This document shows, piece after piece, positions 37,652-50,282 of a stretch of 57,118 nucleotides of DNA. Source of the stretch: Dimargaris cristalligena (taxonomy: Eukaryota); contig ML002253.1 of assembly GCA_003614675.1 (NCBI GenBank), forward strand, positions 1 through 57,118, in the 5' to 3' direction. A program made the position numbers and the translations under genes. Positions within the stretch are counted from its first letter, which is position 1; every line of letters starts with the position of its first letter. Below the pieces are notes generated by a model. The model searched no databases. It saw only the letters and a list, made by a program, of their open reading frames with translations, and was not told the DNA's origin.

Positions 37652-38374
37652 CTACACAAGGTAATCATATCGACGGCAGTGGTGGCACTGGAATATCAGG
37701 GATTGATTGTCGAGGTCCAGGAAGGGTTTGAGGGCAATGATGGGCTCGGCGGGACAGCTTTGCGCGTGTTCAGCTTGGCACTTTTCTAAGCGGCGAGTTA
37801 ATTTAAGTAGCGCGTCCCTCTCGTGACCCGTATCAATAGAAAGACCGCAGTCGCAAGATATAATGGTACCGTTCAAGGTCAGGGAGCGAGTCTGGCATAA
37901 TGGGCAGGGAACGTGGGCCCGGGTTCCGGGAGACGGACAAGACGTGGAACAAGTCGGAAACAGCGGATGCATAGGTGGTGGTGGCATGGCGAGGTAAGGG
38001 TATTGGACGACTAGGGTATTAGGGAGAGGCACAGTAAGAAGGGGGCCGCCCTGACAGGGGAAGTAGCCCGGGAACGGGACCCCAGAAGAAGACGAACTGA
38101 CGTGCAACGCCGGGGGCACGGGTCGACCAAGGGGGGTGGCGTGGAGACTGGCCGGGTGTGTGGGCACACCCGACTTAGCGTCGGGTGCGAAATAGTGTCC
38201 GATGGGGCCAGCCTCGTGCACGGGGGAAATAGGAATCATATGGGGACTCCCAACAACATGAATGAAGCCAGGGAAGGGGGATTCAGGTTCTCGACGGGTG
38301 CGTTTGGAGAAGTGCTGACCTGAGGGGATAACGTCGAGGTCCAGGTTGGCCTCAGCCATACGGTGTTTGCCCAT
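37652..38374 (-). CDS. Protein with a C-terminal RPA-interacting-protein (RPAIN/RIP)-like zinc finger, ~240 aa
   Basis: CPLCQTRSLTLNGTIISCDCGLSIDT...HAQSCPAEP...LIFQCHHCRRYDYLV* has the CPxC...CxCG...H...C...CxxC pattern of the RPA_interact_C domain. Likely start is ATG 38374 (MGKHR); the upstream part of the listed ORF is pyrimidine-rich and UTR-like. Confidence 0.7.
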   Translation of the reverse strand: MGKHRMAEANLDLDVIPSGQHFSKRTRREPESPFPGFIHVVGSPHMIPISPVHEAGPIGHYFAPDAKSGVPTHPASLHATPLGRPVPPALHVSSSSSGVPFPGYFPCQGGPLLTVPLPNTLVVQYPYLAMPPPPMHPLFPTCSTSCPSPGTRAHVPCPLCQTRSLTLNGTIISCDCGLSIDTGHERDALLKLTRRLEKCQAEHAQSCPAEPIIALKPFLDLDNQSLIFQCHHCRRYDYLV

Positions 38375-41300
38375 AGAAGGGGGGTTAAATATAAGAGAGG
38401 AAGGAGGAGGTATAGGGGAAAGCAAATGAGGAAGGTACGGACAAAACAGGAGAGCGGGCCGGACTTTAGTAGAGAGAAATATAAATAAGGAATGAAAGAG
38501 CGTGAACGAAAGAGAGACTAGAAAGCCAAGCGTAATAAGAACGAGGGATCGTCTGGTAAAAAAAATGAACGAGAGTGGGCCGAAGGAGGGGGGAGTATAA
38601 GAAAGCTGTAGAGAGGGTACTGAAGCCGAAGAAGACCAGTAGTGTGTGTAGCGTCGGGCAAGGTTCACAAAAGAAAGGATATACAACGGAAGAACTAAAG
38701 AAAAGTATTGAGTAAAAAGTGGTTTCGAGATGAACCAAAGTCAGCGAGCTTTCAAATAGGCAGGCGCGGGGAATAGGGGGAAGAGGGAGGGGAAGAGAAC
38801 AGCCACCGAGAAGACGGGCAAGAAGTAATAGCCAAGGTAACCAAAAGAAGTTCGCAGTGAGGGAGAAAGGGAGAGAGAGAGGGGCACCTAACTGAGCAGC
38901 AAGGGACACCTTGGGACAAGGGAAAGCACGCGCCAGGCCGTAGTGCGGGATAAGAGTACAGAGGCGAGCCAAAGTGGGGAGGGAGGTCTCTCCAGAGTGA
39001 TGAAAAAAACAAGAGGGCGCTTGGTGGAGGATTGGTTAGTAGAGAGTTTCGAGCGGAGTTGATAAATTGAAAAGAACAAGGAAGTAGTCAAGTGAAAAAA
39101 TGGCAACGGAGGTAAGGTGACTCTGATTAAAAGGTCAGGGCATATGGACATGCAACCAAAAGTGCAAAGCTGAAGCAGCACCACAAACACTACAGGCTAA
39201 ATCCACGGGCCGGATGGTCAACGTATATATATATATATATATAGATGTGTGTGTAATTATCAAGAATAAGTAGACAGGGTCAGCAACCAGAGTTAGCCAA
39301 GATGAAGAGAGACAGAGGGAGCGGGAGGGTAAGGTATGCCTTGTTCACACTCACACTCCCACAGACACGCGCACGCAAGTAGGCCACAGTTAACAAGTGA
39401 ATATTACAAGGAAGTATAGTCAACGGGTACGAATAGCAGCGATGGTGCAAGGACAAGTGAGATAGGAGAGTGGCGGGGTGTGTGGGGCAATGGAGTAGTG
39501 GTGGTGGGTAGTGAAGAAACACCAAAGCCAACCAGATGGGCTATTGATAATGAAACTAATAGATGTATACCAGAAGAGAGGCGGGACACAGTACTATTCA
39601 AGGGCAGTATTGGAATGTGGGGGATATATAAAAGGAAAACTGGATTAGATATATCCTAGTGTAAATACGGATAAGGAGGGTATTCTCGAAACCCTGTTGA
39701 AAATTTAATAATAATATCATACAGTTTTTTTAGGGGGAAAAGGCATAGAATAGCCCCGGTGGTGGGGCCGGGGTTCTTCTATTTCAAGTCTAGTTCGATA
39801 CAGGCCCATCTCACAGCGGGCAGGGCTATATTCGGCAATGACCCGTATGCCATATACGCCCAATTGCACCTACCTACCTTATATAAATACGATGGACCAC
39901 TTCCATGGTGGAATAGAGAGCGAGCAGCAGTTAGGCAAGGGGCAGAGAGAAAGAGAGTGGGGCAACATAAATGTGATTGATTGAAATCCCAGCGATCAGT
40001 CGGTTAGGGTTAGTGAGGGGAGGGAAAGAAAGTGCGGCGTTGCGGGCGATTTGACGGATGGACAAGTTGGGGAACCAATATTGTAGTTATTCACCCCCAA
40101 ATGAATGAGCAGCAGACCAACGCACACTGGTGAAGCACACACATACACACCGCCGATACGACGTATGAAACAACGTTAGGGTTAGAGATGGGAGACTTAG
40201 AGGGTTACTCACGTGAATGTGCCGCGCTGAATGTGTCAAACAGCAAGAACAGTCAATTGGTATATATATATAAATATATAATAGTCAGGGCTGCCAAAGC
40301 GAAAGAAATAACGAAAGTGAAGAAGAAGTAGAAAGGGTTAGGGAGAGCAGGCCGGGCCATCTCCCTTGGTTTAAATACACCTCCACCGACCCTCCTCGGG
40401 TGAATATATGCGTGCATATATCTTCCAATTCGCCTAAAGCAAAGGGCCGGTGTGAAGGGGGGGTCGGTCCTCTTTGCTTCATAGCGCCGATCTCATAATA
40501 GAAGGGTATCCTAATCTCATGGTAGGTTGGTGAGACTGCACCACGTCTTTCCTTCTCACCGTATCCGCGGAGTTCCGTTTCCTTTAAGTTCCGCTATCTG
40601 TTCCTTTCTGCGGCAAAACTTCTTGCAAACAGCGTTTGGATGTCAGAGGGTTGCCGATTGAGGAGGGGCAATACTTTAATATATACAAGGACAGAGCTCT
40701 TCCCAAGACCCCACCCCAGTAATTCGGATTCGTGTTTCAAGGGAAGAAACCCAGATATAATAACAATGGCCATGGGTCGCAGCTATCTTCAGGTGGCGGG
40801 GGCCTTTCCCCTCGGAATCCCTCTGATCTTCCATAAATATACATCAAAATCCCGGATATCCCACCCAGCACCCTCCACACTCAAATGTTAGGCAAGGTCA
40901 AGGCCAATAAAAGGAAGGGCCTCCGTTCTCGACAGCTATTGGCTTCCCATTTATCGGGCAATGACCCGTCTCCGCTGTCACCCGTGAAAATCGACCGCCC
41001 ACTGTAATGTCTGGATCAGTCTGGCCTTAACTGCACGGGGCGTGGTTGATGTTATACAAGGCTGTATAGTCTATGGCGTGTATTCCTTTAAAAATAATCC
41101 GGCTTAGCCGGATGGGGTTTTTATGTCCTAAATGGCCCTCCGATTAGTAAGAGTGTATGGCCAACTGGGGGGGGGGGACTTTCGCCCTCAGCTGCACTCA
41201 ACTGTATATAGGCACTTTCTCCGATTCTCAACCGTTCTTATATTATTTTTTTAAAGGAGGAGGGGGCGTATTGTAGTATACTGCACATCAACCGGCTTCA

Positions 41301-43634
41301 CCCAATGCCATGGCAACCGGCTTCCACTTCCCCGCTTTCGTTGCAGCGGGCCCCTTTCGGGCGGGTTGCCCTAGTCCCACTCATTCGGGTAGCACGGGTG
41401 GCAGGTCAGTGCACACACCCACACCACTGCCGCTGGCCGGAATCGGTTACTTATTGACCGCTCTCTTTCACCCGCTTCCTCTCTCTCTCTCTCTCTCTCA
41501 CTCACTCCCTCTCACCCACTTGCTTTCATTCCAAGACCTCTCTGCTCATACATTTTTATTGTCCTGCCGACCAGCCCCCCTTCGCGCGCCCCGGGTGCAG
41601 TCCTGCACTCCACAAAAGTCACCTTCCCGCCCATCTATCTTATGGGCCGGACAAGTCGATATACACAGGGAAGGTGAAACGGCCTCATCCGGAATGCGAC
41701 CCCTCCACTATTATAAGCCGTCGACCGGAAGCTAGACTGATCTGTAAGACATATTCGGCGGGTTCACTTGGTGGCTAATCACCCAATACTATATTTCTAG
41801 TAATTATTTATAGTGATTATATACACAGGGAAACCTCGGGCCACGGAATTCCTCCAAAAAAATATGGCTTCATCAGGACTTGTTCGCACACGAAACTATT
41901 GTGATTTGCCTGGCAAATATTAGTAATGCATCGGTTATTCCGATGCCCGCCAGTTGATTCCCAATCATATGGCGTGTGTTTACCCTCGTTTGTTGGGTCA
42001 CCACCACACTACCAGAGCCCCCCATACGCCGTTACTGTCTCCGGCCGGCGTGAGGCGTTCCATACGGAAAACCTTGCTTCATGGTTAACACGTTATCGAT
42101 TAAACCGGCCCGGATTTTGTTTTCTCTCTTTCCGAACCGTCCAATTGACTTCCAACCGACCGGGGTGGTTTTTGATGACCATTGCGATGGTAAAGAGACC
42201 TGTGGTATGTAGGACACAGTCGAGGAGATAAGGGATGAGCGGAAAACCCGGCAGGGAGTGGATAATAAGTGGGGAAATGGGGAGAGAAGCGACCATGGCC
42301 TAAAGCAATATAGTCGCGGACGAGAATCGATAAGGGATGAGATTAGCCGCAAGGTGGTAGTATAATATGGGTAACACTGGCGGATCCTGAAACAATTCTA
42401 AAATGCAGACTATAAGAGGGGTCTGGACACACACACACACATTAAAATGGGTTTGAATTGCAGTATGTGTAGTATAGTTACATTTATCGGCATGGCTTTT
42501 TTAGTCTCAATGGATTCACTCCTTACTAAAGACACCCAAGTTGACATGGTGGGGTATTAATCCTACTACTATCTTCACTATCCCCCGCAGCTACTTGAGC
42601 CACCTTCTGTTCGTGACTACTAAGATTAAAATAAATACATGAAACTGCCCTTCCCCCACATAAACCCCATCATATTACCCACTGTATTCTCGAGGGCGGT
42701 GCATTTTATTATAATTTCTGAACCCCCCCCCCCGACACACACCCACTCACACATATATATACACACTCGAAACAGAAAACCAGTCTCTCATTTCAACGGT
42801 CCCAACTCTGTTCCACCATTGGTTAAACGGCACAGCCTCAGCGTTTCAAACACCGATTGATAGCAAAAAAATCAATAAAAGTAGGCCCAGCCGTTGCTAA
42901 CTGGGCTGATCAGGTTTCATGGCGGATCTACAAGGTGGGTGATGATGATGATGAAACGACGGGTTGAGAGGTCCGATGAATATGAATGCCAGTGACGAGG
43001 GATCAGTATCAAACAAGGTCCAACTTGGCTAATCAGCCACATCACTCCAGTTACTGTTTTTCTGTATACATCGGTTCATCCTCCGTCTCTTTATTTTCTT
43101 ATTTAAAAAACGGTACTTGTCGGCAATAATTACGTTACGTATTGCCCTAAAGGGCCGATAAGATCCCGAGTACATTTAGTTGGGTATTTACTCGTGGTTG
43201 TATGTACGCTAAACCCGGGTGAGCGGGTACGTATGCGTAAAGGGCTAACATATATATAGTTAGTATTATTCATTCAAGTTATTTACCCGGACCGATCGTC
43301 ACCTCTCTTTTTAATCCTGAAGGTGGTTTGTTTTTTACTCGACTACCTTCTTAATTGTATAAATGTGGATAACGTATCAGTCTCGGCAACCAGTGCACAT
43401 GGGGTGGCCTAGTGAATGGAAGGAATGTACCCTTATAGTTGTTTTTTTAAAAAAAGTGCAAAGTATCACCACCCTTTCCCGTTTATCAAAGTACTGTATT
43501 AAACATACCAGGCGATTTCTATAACATGACTGTGTTGTACTACAGTCTCAATGGCCAGTCTCCTTGACGAAACAAGTGAATATCCCTCCACTTACCCTAC
43601 CTTTTTGTTTTGGTCACTTTAATGCCCAACATTT

Positions 43635-43658
43635 TATATATATATATATATATATATA
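43635..43658. repeat. (TA)n microsatellite; similar runs at 28196..28211, 34485..34504, 36594..36609, 39224..39243, 48442..48462
   Basis: Read directly from the sequence. Confidence 0.95.
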
Positions 43659-45058
43659 ACATAATTTAGGCATATGTACCGTGGCGGATTGATATATCTA
43701 ATGTAACACTGTTTGAACCAGTAATTCCATTCCCTCCCGAATTTACTTTATTGTCTTTACAGCCTATAGGAAGGCCCCGATTACAATGCATTAGTGTTAG
43801 TGAGTATGGGTGGGTGGATAAATGACATGGGTGGGGGAGAGTAGGAGACAGGCTAGTATCCCATCAAACACTACGAACAGTGTGTGTCAGAATTTAAACT
43901 ATCGAACCCGAGTTTGGTAATGTGGAATGGTATTTATCGCCTCGAATTATTCCACTGGTGTGGGTGGACCGGTTTAGGAAAGGTGGGTGGGCGGCCCGGT
44001 GGCTCAGCGACAACAGTCATACATACCAGATGTGACTTTATTTTCGGAGTAGACTGGTCAATAAAATACTGATGCAACCCCAGTTATAAATATTTAGGGG
44101 GCTATTAATAGTGTCGCTAGGGCGGTTGATTCGTGTACTATACACTTAACGTTCATAATAGCCGAGTATTTTACAAAATCCCCAACTTTTTTTTATAGAA
44201 AAATTGTCCGTCAAAATAACCATCCATACTTTTGATTATCTGTGGGTGGGAAAGGGTATTGTCAATCAACGTAAGTGTTTGGAAGTGTATAATCTCATAC
44301 AAAAAAACCCCCCAGAGAGTGTATATGGGTGAGATACAGAGGAATGGACCGGGTGGCCTTGACGTCCATGCCCATGCCCACCCCACCTCACCCACACATC
44401 CCCGCCGACACACACACTGACCCCTCGAATGCGCACCGGCATAATTAGACGGATCCCCGCCACATAATCACCGCTCTTCCTCTCCCACACTTAACAAAGG
44501 CCCAGACGTTTCAGCCTTGTGTCCTGAAACAGATACCCGGCCAATAGAATATCCACTCCACTTGAGATACTCTTAGAGTATTGGATGATATACCTGGAGA
44601 CCATGGACATAAAATTTGCGGTGTTCTGTTATTAGGATCACACATGAAACGCGATGTCTAAAAAAAAAAAGAAATTTCTAACAGGCTACTCCGCAAGGCA
44701 CTTCGACAATGTGGCTGGAGACCCATTTGGTAACTGCCCGAGACTTGAGTGTCAATCGAAAGCCTTAATTTATAAGAATTATAGACGCCGCTACCATTAT
44801 AACCACATAAAACGGAAAAATCGAGCCTCGAATTATTATTTTTTAAAAAAAAATCACTTGAAATGTCTAACACCACCAAATAGGTCGCAGAATCTCCCCA
44901 TTGGTGAGAGAGGTTTAGCTTACAACATTGATAAAATCACCAAGGAATTAAAATTACGGCGCTGCAAATCCACACGCGAAATTGAAAGTTATAGAATCCC
45001 AATCCCAATCCAAAATAAAATGATAATCGAATTGTAGCTGGGCACACAGCTACATCAC

Positions 45059-48000
45059 TTAATTGACGCGGAAAACATTGATAATATCCGAACGGTACTG
45101 ATTAAACTGGACTTCCGTCACATTGCCCGGAATCAAAAACTGGAAAGTTTTCCCTTCCATGTGGTTGTAGCCCGCATTCTCTGGTTCCCTGGCCCCGCCC
45201 CGATTCCCGTTAGTGGCCGGTTTCGCGGCCACGTCTTTCGAGGATTGGCCGTTACCGGGGGCGGAAGGCGCCGGGGTGGGATCAGTGGGAACGCCCTCCC
45301 ACCGGTCGCCTACTTCTTCTTCTTCTGGGCGGACCACCTTGGGAGGATTGGCCACGGGTGGCGGCGGGGGGGAATTCCGCTGTGGTCTATTTCCATTCCC
45401 CGGGGTAGTGGCATGCACAGGATGATTAACCCGGCCCATGAGCTGGGCCTGCGTGAACGAGGTCAAAAAGCCCTTGATACATTTAAATACCATCGTGGTT
45501 CGTTTCTGTAGATACGCATCGCGGGTTAGGGAGTCGGCCGTTTCCTGGAGTCGGTCGGGGTCACTTAGGAAGTACGGCGGTAGGGCTAGTGTGCCAATGT
45601 CGAACCGGGTCATGGCATCCATCACCAGCTGGAGACTGCGGGCCTCGACGCTTTGCTGATTCAGCGAGTACTGGAGACCCCCGCCACTGGGGGCGGTTCG
45701 GTCAGTGGTCGCCGGACTGCTGGTGGAGGCGATGGCTTGGGCCGTTGGGACCCGGGTGGCATACAAAACGTCATCCGGTAGGACCACGTGGAAGACGACG
45801 TGGACCAAGGGTAGGTTAGAATGCCGGGTGACCAGAATATCTCCCGGTCGAATGGACTGGCCCCCCGTCGTAAGCTGGCGATAGCTGGCCTCGAGCTGTT
45901 CCGACACGGACGGGAAATGATATTCCGTCGTTTGTTGGCACTGTTTGAAAAAATACTGGTTGGCCGTGTTCCCCAAATAGTAGTAGCGTATTTCATTATC
46001 AAGGGGGTTGTCGTCAACAACACCCAGGCCTAAACTTGATGACGATGGAAATGACGTGGACAGACCATCGATAGTCCCTCCGGTACTATTGCCCTCCCAA
46101 TCGCGAGGGGACAGTAGCAGGACCACCGCATTAAGTAGAGGCGAGTAAATCGAAGCCGCCGTTTGGGCCTGGACCGCCATACGCCGGGCCGGGTGTTTGG
46201 GTAAACTTAGGAATGATTCATGGTTGGTGGCGCTGAGGCGGAGATTATGGGTCAACGGAATCGGTTTACCCAAGGAAATCGTGAAATTGTCGACAAACGA
46301 CATTTGCCTCAGTTCCTCCTCGACCGCGGCGGCGAATTCATCGGACATGTCCTGTGGCCGGGCGGTCAGGGGCGGTGCGCTTAGCGCTGTCAGGTCACCC
46401 AGACTAGAGCTGCTGTCGCTTACTGTAGGCCCCCGGGGTCCGGCGAAAACCGAGACCGGGTCGGCTAGTTCGAGACTAATCAAAGGGCCTGTGGTCTCGG
46501 CTTGGTCGGCGGTCGGTACTGGGTCCGATTCCATCTGTTGTCGGGCTACGGGGACCCAGGCGCGGGTCAGACGGCCCAGTTTAAGGGCCAGTGATCGGGC
46601 CCGTCCGTCGCCAATGTACGAGGCAAAGGCGGCAGTGCGGCCGCGGAGTTCGTCAGAATCTACCATTTCCTTTTTGGGAGCCGCCACCACAGCCGCCGGT
46701 GCTACTGTCGTTTTCACGGAGGAGGAGTCATTAACCTGGACCAATGTCGGGTTGGGGTCCCCTTCCGCCTTGGTCGTTGATTCCACCCCCAAGCCCTGCG
46801 GATAGAGTGTACTACCACACACCACCGCTGGGTTGATGCTACCGTTAGTGCTGGTGGACAAAAGGGGGGATGCCGAATTAGTGCTTCGGGCCACCAAAGG
46901 GGTCCGTGGTGAATGGGGAGTCGAAATACCGGAGTTCGCCTCGGATGAAAACGAGGCCGTGATAGGGCTAAACGCCATCGTGGGCGTAGGCGCGGTGCTC
47001 GTTCCCGGCGAGGATGACGAATAAATGGACGATGTCCCACCCCCCTCCGAACCTGCATACAAATGGGCGGTGATGGACAAGGCCCGGGGGGATTTGGCCC
47101 GATGGAAGTTGATAATGTCGGGTTTGGTCAATAGAATATTGATGGCCCGGTCCATATCCCCTTGGTATAGGCGTAGGGAGGTGATGGACTGTTCCAGCTC
47201 GAATCCCATTTCGGTCAGGGATTGGATTTCGTTGGCGTGCTGTTGGCAGAACTGCTCATAGTCGGTACGCTCTAATTCGCCTTCGGCGGGTTCCGCCAAG
47301 GTGGGGCTGGCTGATGAGGCGGATAGCCCGAGTCCCTTAAGGGGGTTAGTAATGGGCGGTCCTTCAGTGAGGGGTTGGGTAGTAGTGACAGGGCGGGTCG
47401 GTCGAAGGGGCCGGAGACACTCGGGATCAATGGTATGGGCAAACTCGGCAAATCCAGCCTGGAGAATGGCCCGGGTTAATTGTCGGGTATCAAGTACTAG
47501 CTCTGACAACTGTTCTGGGCCATGGGTGGCGGAGGCATCATCCGCAGCGGTTGCTGGTGGAAGGGAAAACCGCGACCGTCGGCAGTGTTGGTATAACAGG
47601 GGAATAAATGCACGATAGTCTTTCCGTTGGATTGCCTTAGCCTCGTCAATCAGCTTGTCCCAGATATAGTCCAGAGTGGAAGGGTTCTCAATGTCTCGGA
47701 AATAAAGTTGGAATCGGCCAACGGGCTCAGGGAGGCTGATTTTACGATTGGATCTAGTCGTGAAAGGCGATAATATAATTTTCCAAATAATAATAATAAT
47801 AATGAAATTAGAGTAGGTTGGCGAAGAGCCGACTGTGCAGAGTTGGTAAGTGCTACGCGGTTGACGTATCTACAATGCCAAGTTCGCAACCGTGGTTTAT
47901 ATAGCCACTTACCCTTTTTTAATCGCCCGGCACGAGCGCTCCTTCTCGGCGACTAGCGACCGGATCACAGCGGCATTGTATCGCTCGATTTCCAGAAGGG

Positions 48001-48902
48001 CGTCAAATAGTAAAGGTAGGGACGAACTGGTCAGGGATTGGTAAGATTCGGGAAATGGGTCCTAGATGGAAGGTTTCACGGGAAATAGTACACAAGAAAT
48101 ATACATTTCAAATACGGTTAGAATAATAGTTCGATATACTAAAAAAAAACATAGTATAAACAGATATTAGTGAGTATATCAAGAGCGCTTAAGTGGGACA
48201 ATTTGCCAATACCTTTTCAATAGATTTGAAGAATTTCAGGGTAGTGAGGGAGTACTTGTCGTGGAGAAGACGATAGGGCCGTTTATTGCTATCAATAACT
48301 AGGTGGGGTAGGTTCATAAGGGGCATGGGTAGCAAATGATGGCAAGTTAATATTAGAAACATTTAACGGCGGTGCGATTCCGCTGACTCAAACGAGCGAA
48401 CACGGTGCTTGTGTTGGAGACCATTCCAAAAATCAAATAACTATATATATATATATATATATTGCCTAATTTGGGATTCAAGGATCAACTTACTTTGGAT
48501 ATCAACCCGTCGATGCGATTTATAATTATCTCGCAAACACGACTGCACGAGCGTATACAGGCGGGGATACAGGTACGGCGGAATCCGGTATTGTCGCAGG
48601 AACTGTAGGACCACATCGTAAACCATTTGATGTTGCTTGATAGTAAAAGCGGCGGCATGGCCCCGAAGTTCCGCCAGAAAGTCGGTGTTCGGAAGCGAGT
48701 CTTCGTCGCTTTCGTCGCTGTGCGCTTGGGCCCGCTGGCCGGCGGTGGTACCTTGAAGGGGGCGGAGTTTCCGGGCTAGGTCATCATCCAACGTGGCGTT
48801 GATGTGGAAGGCAAACGGGTCCTGGGCCAGAAGGCACGGCTTGCCATTCTCGATGGACGGGAAAATAAGGGTCAGGTCGTGGGGGGCAATGGCGAAGGGC
48901 AT
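45059..48902 (-). CDS. C12orf4/FERRY3 (DUF2362)-like protein with an internal UBA domain; exons 48902..48494, 48298..48213, 48061..47913, 47753..45059
   Basis: Three phase-compatible GT-AG introns (phases 1, 0, 2). FPESYQSL...LLEIERYNA, WDKLIDEAKAIQRKDYRAFI, DNFTISLG, TEYHFPSVSEQL and GDILVTRHSNLPLVHVVFH resemble C12orf4 (G.FYITRHSNL..HV.FH). UBA-like EIQSLTEMGFELEQSITSLRLYQGDMDRAINILL. Confidence 0.82.
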
Positions 48903-50282
48903 GGTCCCTACCCAGATGATTTACTCTACCCAGGGTCGAGTTGGAAACGGGAGCGTAGGTAGGTAGGTAGGTGGGTAAGGGCGGTTGAGGAGATAGAGGC
49001 AGGGTCGCTAAGACTAAGGCACGGGTTGGTGCGGAGGTATAGAATGCCCCCAATGGTAAACTGCTCGTTGGCAATGATTTCCAAGTGGGTGACTAGGCCC
49101 GGTTAGTAGGGCTGCAAGTAGGTGGGGGGGAGAGGGGTACAAGAGAGGTAAATCCACCTGGGCAATAAATGGCCGAGGGACGAAAGGGGAAAGGAACTGA
49201 ACCAGGAATGGCCTGAGAGGCACGGAGGTTAAGTTGGGATAAGGAGGGGTTGGGAACCTTTCCGAGCCCCACAAAATTAATCTAGTCGGATTTGGGGGTT
49301 CTTTGGCTGGCAAAAGTGGCCGACTTTGCAGGGTCTCTCACCCCCCCTATAAAATTAAGGATCTGCTAGCGCAGGGGTGGATTGGTCAATGAAGGTGACT
49401 GGCTATGTTACCAACAATAAAACCATGGGGATGCCCCCCCACTGCAACTAAACTTCCCCATAGCCCATGTGGCCAGGTTATTGTTAGGTGGGAGATACAA
49501 GTAGGCTTAGTGTTCATTCGGAATTGGGTTGTTGGATACAAGATGCATGGTGGTCCCTTTAGTGGCCAGGAATCAGCAATTTTATGTACTGGAGCGTATC
49601 GTCACAACAGTAAATTTTAAAATGGGGGGAATTCAGCGATTAGCCCCAGTCGGCCTCGGGATGTAGGGCTAGATATTTGTCGGATTAGGGTTTACCCAAT
49701 CCATTAATATAAAATCGCTGGGTAAAATGCTGCCTACTTAGGAACCTACCGTTACTAGGATTGGATTAGGTCTAGAAATAAAACTACGGGCTGCTGATAC
49801 TTTATCCGCGCTTGAAAGGCAATAACATATCCCAATAACAACCTTGGTCCTAGTTTTTTTCTATATTACAGACCCTAGGCTAACTACCCTTCATGCCGAA
49901 CTATTGCCAACATTAATTTGCACACCAGTGGTTTTTCCACGCACGCTATAACGGAGGCCAATGTCAAAGGTTGATCATATATAACTATCATGACCATCCT
50001 TGTGAAGTTTGACATAACATAAACGACACACCTCCAAACTATTTATTACATTTCCATTACATAAAGGAATGTATTTTATTCGGATAAAAATATGTATTTA
50101 TATATCCACTAAAAAATATTGCTATGTACTGAGTAGTTACATGGGCCCATAGATCAGTGGTTGCAATATGTAACTCCAAAATCGGTTCATAAAACTATAC
50201 CCCGAATAATCAAAAAGGGGAAATGCAAGAAATTATATTCTAGAGAAGACGGTATTGGGGATCGGAAACCCATTACCAGGGC

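Noticed and set aside
38375-38686. Hydrophobic N-terminal extension of the 344-aa ORF
   Set aside because: Non-ATG start; the F/L/S/P bias reflects a pyrimidine-rich UTR.
38998-39126. Box C/D snoRNA (GTGATGA...CTGA)
   Set aside because: No terminal stem outside the boxes and no recognisable guide sequence.
39754-39793. Helitron 3' end (CCCCGG...CCGGGG hairpin followed by CTAG)
   Set aside because: The hairpin-CTAG spacing (~16 nt) is long, with no second copy or Rep/helicase remnant.
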